Part shown: one piece after another, positions 28,980-38,528 of the stretch
Layout of the letters: each line of letters begins with the position of its first letter
Numbering within the stretch: the first letter of the stretch is position 1
IMG/VR virus record: IMGVR_UViG_3300020048_000002
DNA: 64,000 nt
Strand: one strand, 5' to 3'
Source of the DNA: a virus
Taxonomy: Duplodnaviria > Caudoviricetes
Notes under the pieces: generated by a model
The model's input: the letters and a program-made list of their open reading frames with translations, nothing else
Told to the model about the DNA's origin: nothing
Databases searched by the model: none
Made by a program: the position numbers and the translations under genes

Positions 28980-29540
28980 TCATCCTTCCGTGGTCCGCCG
29001 CCTTCGAGGATTTGCGTTTACCGATAGGCGTGCGACCGCAGGGGGTTGAGGTACAGCTCGTAGCACAGGTGGTTGAGGCGGTGCAACGAAACGCCTCGGA
29101 GGTCGCTTCTTGATGCTGAGTGTAGGTTGGGTCCAAGCCGAGTTTGCCGACATGGAACATTGAACCGGAACACCCGCCATCAGGAAGGCCGCCTGAGACG
29201 ACCCACCCATGAGCACGTTCGACAACGGACACGTCGCTGAAAGCAGAGCTTGCAGGTCCGAGTCTGCCATCGCATCCGACCCAAGTGCCCAGCTTACCTG
29301 AGCCACAAAGACCGTGCTGGAGTCCGCTGAACAGGCTCCGCTAAGAGCCCGTTCGACGTACGAGGTCGCCAGCATCGACGAGTCTGCCAACGTAGAACAG
29401 TTGACAGCCCACTCCACTTGCGCCGTTTCCGACGTTGAGGAGTCAGCCGAGAACGATCCTACAATGGCATATTCGACGCCGAGTCCGGCAGAGTAAGAAG
29501 CGTCGGCCACAATGGCCGCATCCAGAGCCACTGCGGGCAT
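28980..29540 (-). CDS. Repeat protein (ADSS repeats), putative virion protein
   Basis: ~20-aa repeats containing ADSS. Confidence 0.55.
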   Translation of the reverse strand: MPAVALDAAIVADASYSAGLGVEYAIVGSFSADSSTSETAQVEWAVNCSTLADSSMLATSYVERALSGACSADSSTVFVAQVSWALGSDAMADSDLQALLSATCPLSNVLMGGSSQAAFLMAGVPVQCSMSANSAWTQPTLSIKKRPPRRFVAPPQPPVLRAVPQPPAVARLSVNANPRRRRTTEG

Positions 29541-29554
29541 GACTTCTTACCCCC

Positions 29555-29956
29555 TCACTGCTCGGTCACGGAGAGCTGGCCGACTGCGAAGCTCGCCGTG
29601 TCGAGGTCGTCGATGGTCTTGGACGAACCAAGCGTACCGTAGTAGAGCAGCGTGCCACCAGCGAGCGAGTCGAAGATACCCGCAGCGACAACCGTGCCCC
29701 AACCACCAATGCCCATGGCCTGGGGGAACGAGGCAGGGGCCGAGTTCGACGCAACACCGTTCGACGGAGCACCAAAGGTGACAGCCGTACGAGCGTAGTT
29801 GTTGCCCGAAACCTCCGTACCTGCATCACCGGGGTTCGTCGGAGCCGTCGTGAAAAGGCCGACGTAAACCGTGGCGGGCGACGTAAGCGCACCGGGGTTC
29901 GCACGGAGGAAGAAGTTGATGACGTTGTCGTCGTGGGTATAGGACTTGGCAGCCAT
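29555..29956 (-). CDS. Small tail-fibre/minor tail protein (paralog of 21366-21749)
   Basis: YVGLFTTAP..GTEVSGNNYAR..WGTVVAAGIFD..GGTLLY. Confidence 0.7.
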   Translation of the reverse strand: MAAKSYTHDDNVINFFLRANPGALTSPATVYVGLFTTAPTNPGDAGTEVSGNNYARTAVTFGAPSNGVASNSAPASFPQAMGIGGWGTVVAAGIFDSLAGGTLLYYGTLGSSKTIDDLDTASFAVGQLSVTEQ

Positions 29957-30069
29957 GTCGAAACTCCTGGAAAGAGACCGGGGTCACTTTCTATCGGATA
30001 CAAGGAAAGTATCGACCCCCAAATTTCCAGCAAGTGCAAGTGAGTCGGCTTGTCTCAGATCCAAGCCAA

Positions 30070-30588
30070 TCAGCCGAGTCGGTCGAGGTAGGCCGCCGCC
30101 TGACGAAGCAGAGCGGCGTTGTCGTTGGCGTACCCCAAGATGACGTTACACCGCCAATGGATCATGCCTCGGACGCACTCGCCACAAGATGTACTCCCAG
30201 CACAACATGATCTGTCATGGTCCACGACGGCTGAGAGCTTCTCGCGACCTTCACGCAACATAGGCTCTCCGCAACATACACAAAGACCCTGTTGTTGTTC
30301 CCACAAGGTCTGCCAATCGACCTTGAATCGTGACCGCACCCGGTTCGCCCGAGAACGTTCGGGGTCACGATGATATGCAGCCAGCGCAAGTGAGGCGGCC
30401 CGTTCCGGGTTAGCTTTTCGCCAAGCTCGGGAACGGGCCGCAGTCTTCTCGGGGTTTGACTTCGCGCGGGCTAGGTTGTCAGCGTTGGTACAGGACCGGC
30501 ACCAAGCACGGGCTTTCCCCGTGCGTGAATCCTTGTGGAAGTCGGTTGCCTCGTCCTTTTCGACCTGACACTTGGAGCACCGCTTCAT
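30070..30588 (-). CDS. Endonuclease VII-like homing endonuclease
   Basis: MKRCSKC; QQGLCVCC..VDHDRSCC..CGECVRGMIHWRCN..LLRQAAAYL. Confidence 0.85.
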   Translation of the reverse strand: MKRCSKCQVEKDEATDFHKDSRTGKARAWCRSCTNADNLARAKSNPEKTAARSRAWRKANPERAASLALAAYHRDPERSRANRVRSRFKVDWQTLWEQQQGLCVCCGEPMLREGREKLSAVVDHDRSCCAGSTSCGECVRGMIHWRCNVILGYANDNAALLRQAAAYLDRLG

Positions 30589-30627
30589 GCTCCATCGTTC
30601 GCATATTATGCGAACGAGATCAAGTCT

Positions 30628-30891
30628 TTATCGCATGTGGCACAGGGATTTGAGCGTTTTCAAATTGTGGGCGTATGGGTTCGCCGCCACCTTGCCGGTG
30701 TTGTTGAACCACGCTGATTTCAACTCGTCGACGTTCGTGATGCTCGTATCGAACACGAAGAAGACTTTGCCGCTATCAGCGTGTCGATCCGTGCGCTTCA
30801 GCTCTACTCCGGCAGTCTGCAAATAGGCTGCGAAGTAGAGGTCTGAAGTCTTGAATTCCGCCGAGTTTTTGCCAGACATTTCCATCTCCAT
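30628..30891 (-). CDS. DUF5659-like small protein
   Basis: FKTSDLYFAAYL..GKVFFVF. Confidence 0.6.
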   Translation of the reverse strand: MEMEMSGKNSAEFKTSDLYFAAYLQTAGVELKRTDRHADSGKVFFVFDTSITNVDELKSAWFNNTGKVAANPYAHNLKTLKSLCHMR

Positions 30892-30914
30892 CTAAGTTTG
30901 ATTTGGCCCTCGGA

Positions 30915-32015
30915 TCAAACGAGGGTGAACTGGTTCGACACGAGGCTCGTGTATTGAACCTGCACCTTCGTACCAGCGGCTACGCCTGCGGGGACGAGAG
31001 CGGCAGGAATCACGATGCTCGTTGCCGAGACCGTTCCACCAGCATCAACAATGAAGTACTGGTCGAGGGTCACGGGGACCGGAAGCATGAACTTCACCTT
31101 GGTCGCTACGACCTCGGAGTTCGGCGTGCCTGCACCAGCTAGGCCCGTACCCGTGAGCGTCACTGCCCCAGGGGCCGGTACGCCGAACTGAGCGTTCGTG
31201 AGCGTGGGTGCCGTGGCCACGAGACCGAAGAGGCTCACACCGTCGTCCTGAACGACCGTGACAGCGGGGCCGCTCACGATCGGAGGGAACCGGTTCGGGT
31301 CCGGGTTGAACGAGGCACTCCGGAGATCGTGGAGGTTGCCTACCAAGAAGCACTTGATCGCCGTGTCCGTTTCGATGAACTGGGGGGCAATGGCATCGGC
31401 TGCCTCGGCCACCTGAGCCACCGTGAGACCGGCTCCAAGCGAACCCTTCACCGTGGCGGCACTCACATTGAGCGGGCCACCAACGGGAAGCGTTGCAGCG
31501 ATGAATGCCGCAGGAGCGGGAACCGTGAAGCTGCCACCACCGGCACCGAGAGCGAGGGGCGTGTTGGCCGTCGAGCCACCACCCACCGAGTCGATCTGGA
31601 TGTACGTACCCTCACCCTTGGTCTTCGTCTGAAGGGCAAGGGTCGTCGCCGAAATCCCAACAGCGACGAAGTTGGAGGCCACCAGGACCGAGTTGATCGC
31701 CGTCACCAGGGCTGCCATGCTCGCGTAAGCAGCCGCAGGAATCGTGAACGTGGTGTAGGCCCCAGCCCCCGAATCACGGAGCTTGAGAGCGTCGTTCACG
31801 CCGAGGTTGATGGCCACGGGGAACGCAATGGCTCCGCTCAGACGAGAGGCCGGAATCGAGGCCGACATCATCGCACCAACGGTCACGGCCGTCGGACGCG
31901 AAATGTAACGGGTCTGCCCCTCGGGCTCTGTGGGGAAGTTCGTCTGCGAAGTGGGCTCAAGATCAGCCAGGAAGATCGGGCCGGGGATGTCCCCACGGAT
32001 TACACCAACGCGCAT
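30915..32015 (-). CDS. Virion decoration protein (IPT/TIG-like C-terminus)
   Basis: TLTGTGL..GGTVSATSIVIPAALVP shared with 32400-33002. Confidence 0.6.
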   Translation of the reverse strand: MRVGVIRGDIPGPIFLADLEPTSQTNFPTEPEGQTRYISRPTAVTVGAMMSASIPASRLSGAIAFPVAINLGVNDALKLRDSGAGAYTTFTIPAAAYASMAALVTAINSVLVASNFVAVGISATTLALQTKTKGEGTYIQIDSVGGGSTANTPLALGAGGGSFTVPAPAAFIAATLPVGGPLNVSAATVKGSLGAGLTVAQVAEAADAIAPQFIETDTAIKCFLVGNLHDLRSASFNPDPNRFPPIVSGPAVTVVQDDGVSLFGLVATAPTLTNAQFGVPAPGAVTLTGTGLAGAGTPNSEVVATKVKFMLPVPVTLDQYFIVDAGGTVSATSIVIPAALVPAGVAAGTKVQVQYTSLVSNQFTLV

Positions 32016-32027
32016 TGTCAGGCTCCT

Positions 32028-32396
32028 TTAGGCATTACTCGATGGGATTTTGCCCCGGTTCGAGTCTTCTTTGAGGAGCCGAAGAACGGCCCCATAGTCA
32101 CTGTAGAATCCAGCAACGGCTCGAACGAACGTGAGTTGGTCGCCTCGCCAGTTGAAGTGGGCTTGTCGAAGCAAGAGCCGCATTCGAGTGAGGAGCTTGA
32201 TGTACAAGCTCCCTCGATCCAGTGTGCTAAGTTCTTCTCTTGCTTTGAGGATGTAGCTGTATCGGCGGTCCAAGTCCTGGAGGACCAGTCTCGCTTGGGG
32301 CATGTAGAGCAAGTCATTGGGACGCCACCTGTTGTAGACATCCTCAATGTCTTCCCGCTCCTGTTGGAGCACCCAGGGAAGGACCCGATACTCCAC
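32028..32396 (-). CDS. Hypothetical protein
   Basis: Fills the gap between two structural genes. Confidence 0.5.
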   Translation of the reverse strand: MEYRVLPWVLQQEREDIEDVYNRWRPNDLLYMPQARLVLQDLDRRYSYILKAREELSTLDRGSLYIKLLTRMRLLLRQAHFNWRGDQLTFVRAVAGFYSDYGAVLRLLKEDSNRGKIPSSNA

Positions 32397-32399
32397 ACG

Positions 32400-33002
32400 T
32401 CAGACCAGGGCAAAAGCGTTCGAGAGCTGATCGTCGGCGATCACTCGAACAAAGGTCGTCGCAGCCGCCACACCGGGCACCAAGGCAGCCGGGATCACGA
32501 TGCTCAGGTTGCCCACGGACCCACCAGCGGCTACGATTGCCGACTGCGTGAGGGTGAGCGGACCGCCCGTACCCGTGACGAGAACCGAGGACTCGTTCGG
32601 GGCAAGCGAGAGGAGGTTCGTTCCCGTGATGGTGATGTCACCCGCACCAGGAACACCAAGCTGGGCGTTCGTGACGGCTGGAGCGGCTACGTCGGCCATC
32701 GTGAAGCTGACGACCGTCACGAACCCCGCATCAGCGAGCTTCTTGATCTTGCCCTTGCCAGCCGAGAAAGCCACACGCTCCGTCTGGCGAAGATCGATGT
32801 ACCCGTTGATGGCCGGGTTGGTCGGCTTCGTTTGCGGAATGTAGCACGGCTGCTTGGGGTAGTTGGCGTACCCGTCACGATCGTAAGCCTTGGGATCGGC
32901 CGTCGAACCAAGACGGTGCGTCATCTTGTTGGGGAGCCCATCGTCGATGTCATCGACGAGCAGGGGCGCATTGACGGTCTGGTTGTGGATGAGCCTGAGC
33001 AT
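32400..33002 (-). CDS. Virion decoration protein (IPT/TIG-like)
   Basis: ITITGTNL..SIVIPAALVPG; AGGAG RBS. Confidence 0.6.
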   Translation of the reverse strand: MLRLIHNQTVNAPLLVDDIDDGLPNKMTHRLGSTADPKAYDRDGYANYPKQPCYIPQTKPTNPAINGYIDLRQTERVAFSAGKGKIKKLADAGFVTVVSFTMADVAAPAVTNAQLGVPGAGDITITGTNLLSLAPNESSVLVTGTGGPLTLTQSAIVAAGGSVGNLSIVIPAALVPGVAAATTFVRVIADDQLSNAFALV

Positions 33003-33050
33003 GACGGATCTCCTGTCGATTTCGCGTCCCCATAAAAGGAACCGCGACTT

Positions 33051-33701
33051 TTACCTACCGTTGGCCACTGTCGCTTGAATCGACAACGTTGCAGTTCCCC
33101 CGTCCCCTCGGACGAGAATGCTGGCCGACTGCCCCGTGAACGTAAGATACTGAGGGAGGGTCGAGTTCTGCTTGAGCCTGAACTCAGGACCTCCGGGCTC
33201 AAACGCGACGTACGCATCCCGAGCCGACTCCTCGTTGAGGATACGCCAGTCGGTCAGCAACCGTGGGAGGTCGAGCTGAAGTGAACTGGCCACCGTCGCT
33301 CCCGAGGGGGCCGAACCACGAATCAGGATGTGCCCAATCCCTCGGTGGAGGAACTGCGTATCGTCAGGTAGAACGAGCGTAGGAGCCGAGACCGCCGTTT
33401 CAACTCCAGCTCCGTCAACGTGAAAGAGCTTGAGCCAAAAGTGCTGCGTGTCCGTGAGAGCGTAGGTCGCCGGGTTGAACACCATCCGGACCTGATCCCT
33501 CGTCGGCTGAGCCTCAATCTTTCGCTGGTCCACCCCGACCGTATCCATGAACCCGAACTTGGGCGAGGTAAAGATCGTCCCAAAGACAGCATCGAAGTTC
33601 GTAGCTGCCTTGAACCGATAGCCCTCCACCCCATTCACCCGTGGGGTGAGAACGTCCACGATACCGGGGCGACGTCGGATGACGGAGAAAATGCGATTCA
33701 T
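33051..33701 (-). CDS. Hypothetical virion protein
   Basis: Coupled ORF. Confidence 0.6.
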   Translation of the reverse strand: MNRIFSVIRRRPGIVDVLTPRVNGVEGYRFKAATNFDAVFGTIFTSPKFGFMDTVGVDQRKIEAQPTRDQVRMVFNPATYALTDTQHFWLKLFHVDGAGVETAVSAPTLVLPDDTQFLHRGIGHILIRGSAPSGATVASSLQLDLPRLLTDWRILNEESARDAYVAFEPGGPEFRLKQNSTLPQYLTFTGQSASILVRGDGGTATLSIQATVANGR

Positions 33702-34135
33702 CGTGAACCTTCCTGCCTAACAAGGGGATCATAAGTAGACGAAGCCTCACGGGCGGCTGACACGTCCTGCGTTTCGGTCAACGCCTTGTCAAAAGCCGCT
33801 TGCCGAGCATCCGCCCACGTCCCCGTCTGTTCTCCCGCAAAGTTGGGAACGAGCTTTGGGTTCGGTGCATGGTCACGTTGTCGACGCTCCATGACCCCTT
33901 GGCGATTTGCTCGGTACTTATTCTCCTTCATCGCCTTGGAGATCCAGCCGCCAGACTCCCCGTCCCGGAGGACGAACTTGACATCTCCCGGATCAAAGAC
34001 GAGCTGAACTGCCCCTTGGCAGGTCGAACACTCCAGGACTTTGGTCCCGAGCTTGACTGCATCGTAGTCGCCAAATGAAAGGCGGATGCTGTTGTCCTTC
34101 TGGCACGTCTCACAACGGGTAGCGTAACGAGGCAT
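33698..34135 (-). CDS. FmdB-like zinc-ribbon protein (second copy)
   Basis: MPRYATRCETC..CSTC. Confidence 0.65.
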   Translation of the reverse strand: MPRYATRCETCQKDNSIRLSFGDYDAVKLGTKVLECSTCQGAVQLVFDPGDVKFVLRDGESGGWISKAMKENKYRANRQGVMERRQRDHAPNPKLVPNFAGEQTGTWADARQAAFDKALTETQDVSAAREASSTYDPLVRQEGSR

Positions 34136-34144
34136 ATTTGATTC

Positions 34145-35002
34145 TCATTTCTTCTTTTTCTTGGGGATGGTCCACCCTTGAATGTGGTCCATCACGGCCG
34201 CAACGTGCTTGCAAACACGGTTGATTCGCTTCGGATCTCGAATGTTGGGAGTCGAGGCCGTGCCCCTCGGCTTCCCGTCGATGTAGCTCTTTTGCTTTGC
34301 GTGGTACTCAGGTCCGAGCCACTGCCAACCAGGGCAGGAGCAAGTCACCTCTAGCTCCAGCTTCGACATCGCAACGATGTTGCCCTTGCGTTCAGCCTTG
34401 AGCCGAATCGCTTTTGGGCCGTTGCCGCAGTCCACAGCAAAGATCCAACGAAGGTTGGGGACATCCACACGTTTTACGGTGACGTTGCACTTACGCGCAC
34501 GGTCCACCGTCTTGGGATTGAGCCCCTCAAGAATCTCCCCCAGTCGAACGGCTACCTTGACGTTGGCCTCCGGCGGGAGGGTCAACGTGTGGGCGGTCTT
34601 GAGTCGAAAGAGGGCAACAACGAACTCAGGATCAACCGAGGCGTAATGCTGGTTGGGTCGTTTGTCCCGGTACGGGTACGTCGTAACCGTAGGATCTCCG
34701 GGGGGCCTCCCACCAGGAGACTCGTAGCGGGGCTGAATCCACCGGTTGTCGCGTCGATCCCCTTCGGGATTGTCCTGCTTCTTTGCTCGATCGTCAGGGC
34801 CATCCTTTCGGTAGATGGACCCTTCCTCGGCCTTATCGAACTCGCGAACATCCCCCTCGGGCTTGGCGTACGTCGAAGTCCCAGGGATCTCAGGATCAAG
34901 AGATAGCCCTTTCCCCCCAGGGCTACCCGAGGGGAGCTTCGACTCGGCCACGGTGGAAAGCCCCCCGTGACCATAAGCAGGTCGGGTCACGAGGGGCTGC
35001 AT
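34145..35002 (-). CDS. SWIM-type zinc-finger protein
   Basis: VTCSCP..W..H..VCKHVAAV. Confidence 0.65.
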   Translation of the reverse strand: MQPLVTRPAYGHGGLSTVAESKLPSGSPGGKGLSLDPEIPGTSTYAKPEGDVREFDKAEEGSIYRKDGPDDRAKKQDNPEGDRRDNRWIQPRYESPGGRPPGDPTVTTYPYRDKRPNQHYASVDPEFVVALFRLKTAHTLTLPPEANVKVAVRLGEILEGLNPKTVDRARKCNVTVKRVDVPNLRWIFAVDCGNGPKAIRLKAERKGNIVAMSKLELEVTCSCPGWQWLGPEYHAKQKSYIDGKPRGTASTPNIRDPKRINRVCKHVAAVMDHIQGWTIPKKKKK

Positions 35003-35005
35003 AGA

Positions 35006-36712
35006 TCACACCTTCCAGGGGTCGTTCGAGGCGGCAGACTTGAACTTGTCCTTCTTCTTATGGTCAGCCCACTCGTCTTTGGTAAAAGAATCGTCCACGC
35101 TCAGGACGAGTCGGTACATCTGACCATCGGACAGTCCCTCGCCCTCCATGAGGGAGATAGCCTGGGACAGATCCCCTTTTGCCAAACCGGATTTGATGGC
35201 GGCCTTCAAGGCACTTACCGATGAAGCAGACTTGAACTTGTCCTTGTTGGCCTCGTTCATCGCCTCCCACTCGGCGGCATCCTCTTCGGACATGTTCTCG
35301 GTGGGGTCAGCAGGCACGCCCTTCTCAAAACGAGCGGCCTTCCAGTCCTCAGCCACGGGATCAACGGACGCCAAACGCCCACGAGACTTGGCAAACGTGT
35401 AGTCGGCTAGCCACCGCTCGACGTCCATTTCCAAAGTCTCCGAATCCGAAACACTTCGGAGAGCCTTTTGGGCCATCATGGGAAGCTCGTCGAAGAACAT
35501 GGGCGTGTGCGACGAACCCGAGACAAGGAGCTTCTCAAGAAGCATGACCTGGCGACGATGGAGCTTAGCCGTCCGCGAATCCCAGTCAGACGCCGATGCC
35601 GACTTCATCGGAACGCAGTTCGGAACCATCTGACCGCCCTCACCGGGCTTCATGCCGTAGGCTTCGTAGCCTTCCCAGCAGGCATCTTCGAGTCCTTCGG
35701 CCATCTGCTCCGAGGCAGCACGGAAGCCGTAGTCTTCGTCGAACGCCATCGCACCGAACTCACGCGACGCCTTTTCAGCCTCGGGGCCGGTCAGGATGGT
35801 CTTGGTGCGTGGGTAGTAGAACACCTTTTCGCCCTTCTTGAAGGGCTTTCCGTTCTTATCCTTGCCGGGGTACTTGGCCGTCATCCAGTAGGGGTCGCCG
35901 TAGGCGGCCTGACGCTGAAGCACGTCAGCCTTGCCAGCGTCCTGCTTCACGACGGTGCGGAGGAGGGCGATCTTCTCCCCGAGCCCAAGGAGCTTGTCCT
36001 TGTGTTGGGGGGCGATGTGCCCAAGAGCCATCGTCATGCTCTGGATGGACTCAATCCCGTTGAGTGCAGCCATCTTGTCGTTCCCACGAGACGCCATCGA
36101 GTAAGCCGTCTTGGCTTCGAGCATCGCCGTTTGGAAGGCCGTGAGGGCTTCGGACGGGGCAGCCGCCGACTTGTCCTTCACGACGTCCTTGTTCTTCTCG
36201 TGCATGGCGTCGATCTCGGCCGCTTCTTCGTCCGTGATCTTGGGGTTTTGCTTTTGGAACTCAGCCCCAGCACCAGCCAAGGTCGAATCTTCGTCGCTGG
36301 CCCACATGGAACGATAATCGTAACGGCTCATATCCGATGACCTCCGCTTGAGGTAGTGGAGGCGGATGTCCTCAAGGACGCCTTCCAGTTCCTCTGCTTT
36401 CTCGGGCTTTAGCCCCTGCTTGATTTCCTCGTAATCCATACGAGAGGCTGCCATGGCAGCAGCCTCCAAGGCTTTTTCTAGCTTGAACAGAACGTCGGGC
36501 ATCCCGTGGATGATGTGCCCAGCCACCTCAAATAAGTGGTCACGCTGGTTCGATTTCTCGACGAGTTCCAGCGCCTTGGCGACGTACTGCTTGAGCTGCA
36601 ACGAACGAAGTCGGGCGTCTCCAAGCTCTTCGTTGAGGTAAACAATGATGCCGGACGCAGTTTTCCCACGTCCGGCATTTCTCTTTAGGCACCCGCTCGA
36701 CATAGATCCCAC
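35006..36712 (-). CDS. Multi-module internal head/core-like protein
   Basis: Short modules separated by KSA/RQA/RTA/RLA linkers; includes CWEGYEAYGMK..VPNCVP. Confidence 0.55.
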   Translation of the reverse strand: MGSMSSGCLKRNAGRGKTASGIIVYLNEELGDARLRSLQLKQYVAKALELVEKSNQRDHLFEVAGHIIHGMPDVLFKLEKALEAAAMAASRMDYEEIKQGLKPEKAEELEGVLEDIRLHYLKRRSSDMSRYDYRSMWASDEDSTLAGAGAEFQKQNPKITDEEAAEIDAMHEKNKDVVKDKSAAAPSEALTAFQTAMLEAKTAYSMASRGNDKMAALNGIESIQSMTMALGHIAPQHKDKLLGLGEKIALLRTVVKQDAGKADVLQRQAAYGDPYWMTAKYPGKDKNGKPFKKGEKVFYYPRTKTILTGPEAEKASREFGAMAFDEDYGFRAASEQMAEGLEDACWEGYEAYGMKPGEGGQMVPNCVPMKSASASDWDSRTAKLHRRQVMLLEKLLVSGSSHTPMFFDELPMMAQKALRSVSDSETLEMDVERWLADYTFAKSRGRLASVDPVAEDWKAARFEKGVPADPTENMSEEDAAEWEAMNEANKDKFKSASSVSALKAAIKSGLAKGDLSQAISLMEGEGLSDGQMYRLVLSVDDSFTKDEWADHKKKDKFKSAASNDPWKV

Positions 36713-36736
36713 GTCGATAGCGCCCTCACAAGAGGA

Positions 36737-37876
36737 CTATGCACCAAAGACGTTGGGAAACTCTTCCAGGAGCTTCGCCTTGAAGGCGTCCGACTCAGCC
36801 GCAAACACCGCCCGGAGAATGTCCTCCCGGTCCTCGTAGTCCGCCGCCAGTCGAGCGAGCTTCTTGCGATCCGGCATGTCGAACTGGTAATTTGAGGGGA
36901 AGTCCTTGCAGAGCGCACGGGCAACCTTGAGCCGAGCATCAGCCGTCCCGTCCTTCAGCATGACCGGCTTGGAGGCATCCTCCGATCGGGGGTGAGGTTC
37001 CGCCCCACGCTTCTTCGGCCCGTTCGTCATCTTGAAGACGATGCCATCCTCGACGTGCTGGGTGATCTCCGTCTTGTCCCCCGGGTCAATCGGGTCGGCT
37101 GTCTCGATCCCGCCACCCGTCTTCACCTTGGAGGTGATCCCCTCACGGGTTTCGGTCTTGGCAGTTCGGACCTTGCCCACCGTCTTCGCCGCCGGAGTCA
37201 CGTCTGCGTACTTCGCACGAGCGGCCTCCTTCTTGGCAAGGTACTCCTCTCGGTCATCGTCCGATAGGCGTGCGATGTAGTCCGCTTCCGACAACCCTTC
37301 CCCAGCTTCGATCTGGACGTTCTGGGCCTTGCGGATCTCCGAACCCAAGGACTCGGCCGTCAACACCGTACGAGACTGCTTGGCTCGTTCACCAGCCGCA
37401 GTCTTGAGCTTGCGGACAGGTACCCCGTCCTGCATCTCCACGGACCCGCCGACTTCGTTTCGCAAGGGTTGACCGTGCCGGTAGCCCGTATTCGCCTTTC
37501 GAGCCGCAGCCGCATGGGAGGCAGCGTTGCCCACTTCGCGCTCGTCCGTCTCGGTAACGACAATCGCCTTCTTCTCAGGGGTCTTGCCTTCAAACGGGTT
37601 CCCGCCCTGCGTTGGATGACGGACCTGGATGTTGGCGGCGATGGGGCGAGCGTCCTCCGCATCCTCGTCGTAAACCTCCGACAAGACCAACCAACCCGAA
37701 CGGACTGCCCCACGGAGCTGCGGCATCGCCACTTCCGTACCGTCCACTACCACCTTGGTCCCATCAAAGAGGAGATCCATCCCCTTCGAGATCTGAAGCC
37801 CCGTGCTACCAAGGGCAAACCCACGAGTTGCAATAAAGTGCTGCATCTCGCCGGTACGGTACTTGATCTGATCCAT
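36737..37876 (-). CDS. Hypothetical protein
   Basis: AGGAG RBS; long ORF. Confidence 0.7.
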   Translation of the reverse strand: MDQIKYRTGEMQHFIATRGFALGSTGLQISKGMDLLFDGTKVVVDGTEVAMPQLRGAVRSGWLVLSEVYDEDAEDARPIAANIQVRHPTQGGNPFEGKTPEKKAIVVTETDEREVGNAASHAAAARKANTGYRHGQPLRNEVGGSVEMQDGVPVRKLKTAAGERAKQSRTVLTAESLGSEIRKAQNVQIEAGEGLSEADYIARLSDDDREEYLAKKEAARAKYADVTPAAKTVGKVRTAKTETREGITSKVKTGGGIETADPIDPGDKTEITQHVEDGIVFKMTNGPKKRGAEPHPRSEDASKPVMLKDGTADARLKVARALCKDFPSNYQFDMPDRKKLARLAADYEDREDILRAVFAAESDAFKAKLLEEFPNVFGA

Positions 37877-37965
37877 GTCTTATCTCCTAGAGGGCAAAAG
37901 TCCCCTCTCTATCAAAAAGGGATAAGAAGAATCGCAAGCCCTTGGACGAGAATCGGGCAACAATG

Positions 37966-37997
37966 AAAAAGCCCGCTCCCATGTAGGGGCGGGCTCA
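37966..37997 (-). terminator. Rho-independent terminator
   Basis: GAGCCCGCCCC-loop-GGGAGCGGGC followed by TTTTT on minus strand. Confidence 0.75.
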
Positions 37998-38014
37998 ATC
38001 GGTACCTCGGTTAC

Positions 38015-38290
38015 TTAGACGGCTGAAGTGGCCTCTTGCTTAGCACGCTCTGCGAGAGCCTTGTCCTTCACGTCCTTGCGCCAGATCTTGAAGAGGCCAA
38101 TGACCTTGTTCTGCTTCCGGCCTTTGGGGACTGGCTCAATCTCGACGGTCGGATTGCCGTGCTGGTCCTGGCCGAATGCTACGATTTTGCCGACGTGGTT
38201 CTTGTACTTCCCGTACAAAACTAGGTCGCCCACGTTCATGTACGCTGCTTGGAGAAAGCGTGCGGCGACTCGAAGGCTACTCGGCGGCAT
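38015..38290 (-). CDS. Small SH3/KOW-like protein with N-terminal RVAARFL motif
   Basis: NVGDLVLYGKYKNHVGKIV. Confidence 0.65.
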   Translation of the reverse strand: MPPSSLRVAARFLQAAYMNVGDLVLYGKYKNHVGKIVAFGQDQHGNPTVEIEPVPKGRKQNKVIGLFKIWRKDVKDKALAERAKQEATSAV

Positions 38291-38355
38291 AGGCGTACTA
38301 GGGGAAATCGAAAAGTAGATTTTTTGTTGACCTCACTCCTGGCTTCGGGTACTAG

Positions 38356-38483
38356 GAAGGGGAGACGGCAAGAGGAGAGTGGCCCGTAGCAGGGCCGGGG
38401 ATCCATGGGCACCTCGACGGGGGTACCCCCTCGGTAGCCTCAAAGGTGTGGCTCCTCGGGACTGATCACCCCCCGTCTCCTTC
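38356..38483 (+). ncRNA. Candidate structured ncRNA (~125 nt)
   Basis: TTGACC..GTACTAG promoter-like site upstream; ends pair (GGAGACGG/CCGTCTCC); terminator-like hairpin + T-run to 38523; no ORF. Confidence 0.45.
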
Positions 38484-38528
38484 GCCCTCGGCGGCTTATG
38501 GGCCTCCGGGGGCGCAGTCTTTTGTGGG

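Noticed and set aside
31329-33035. 568-aa plus-strand ORF (also 6564-7733, 5022-5897, 35468-36340, 52162-53619)
   Set aside because: Antisense shadows of GC3-biased minus-strand genes; no motifs or RBS
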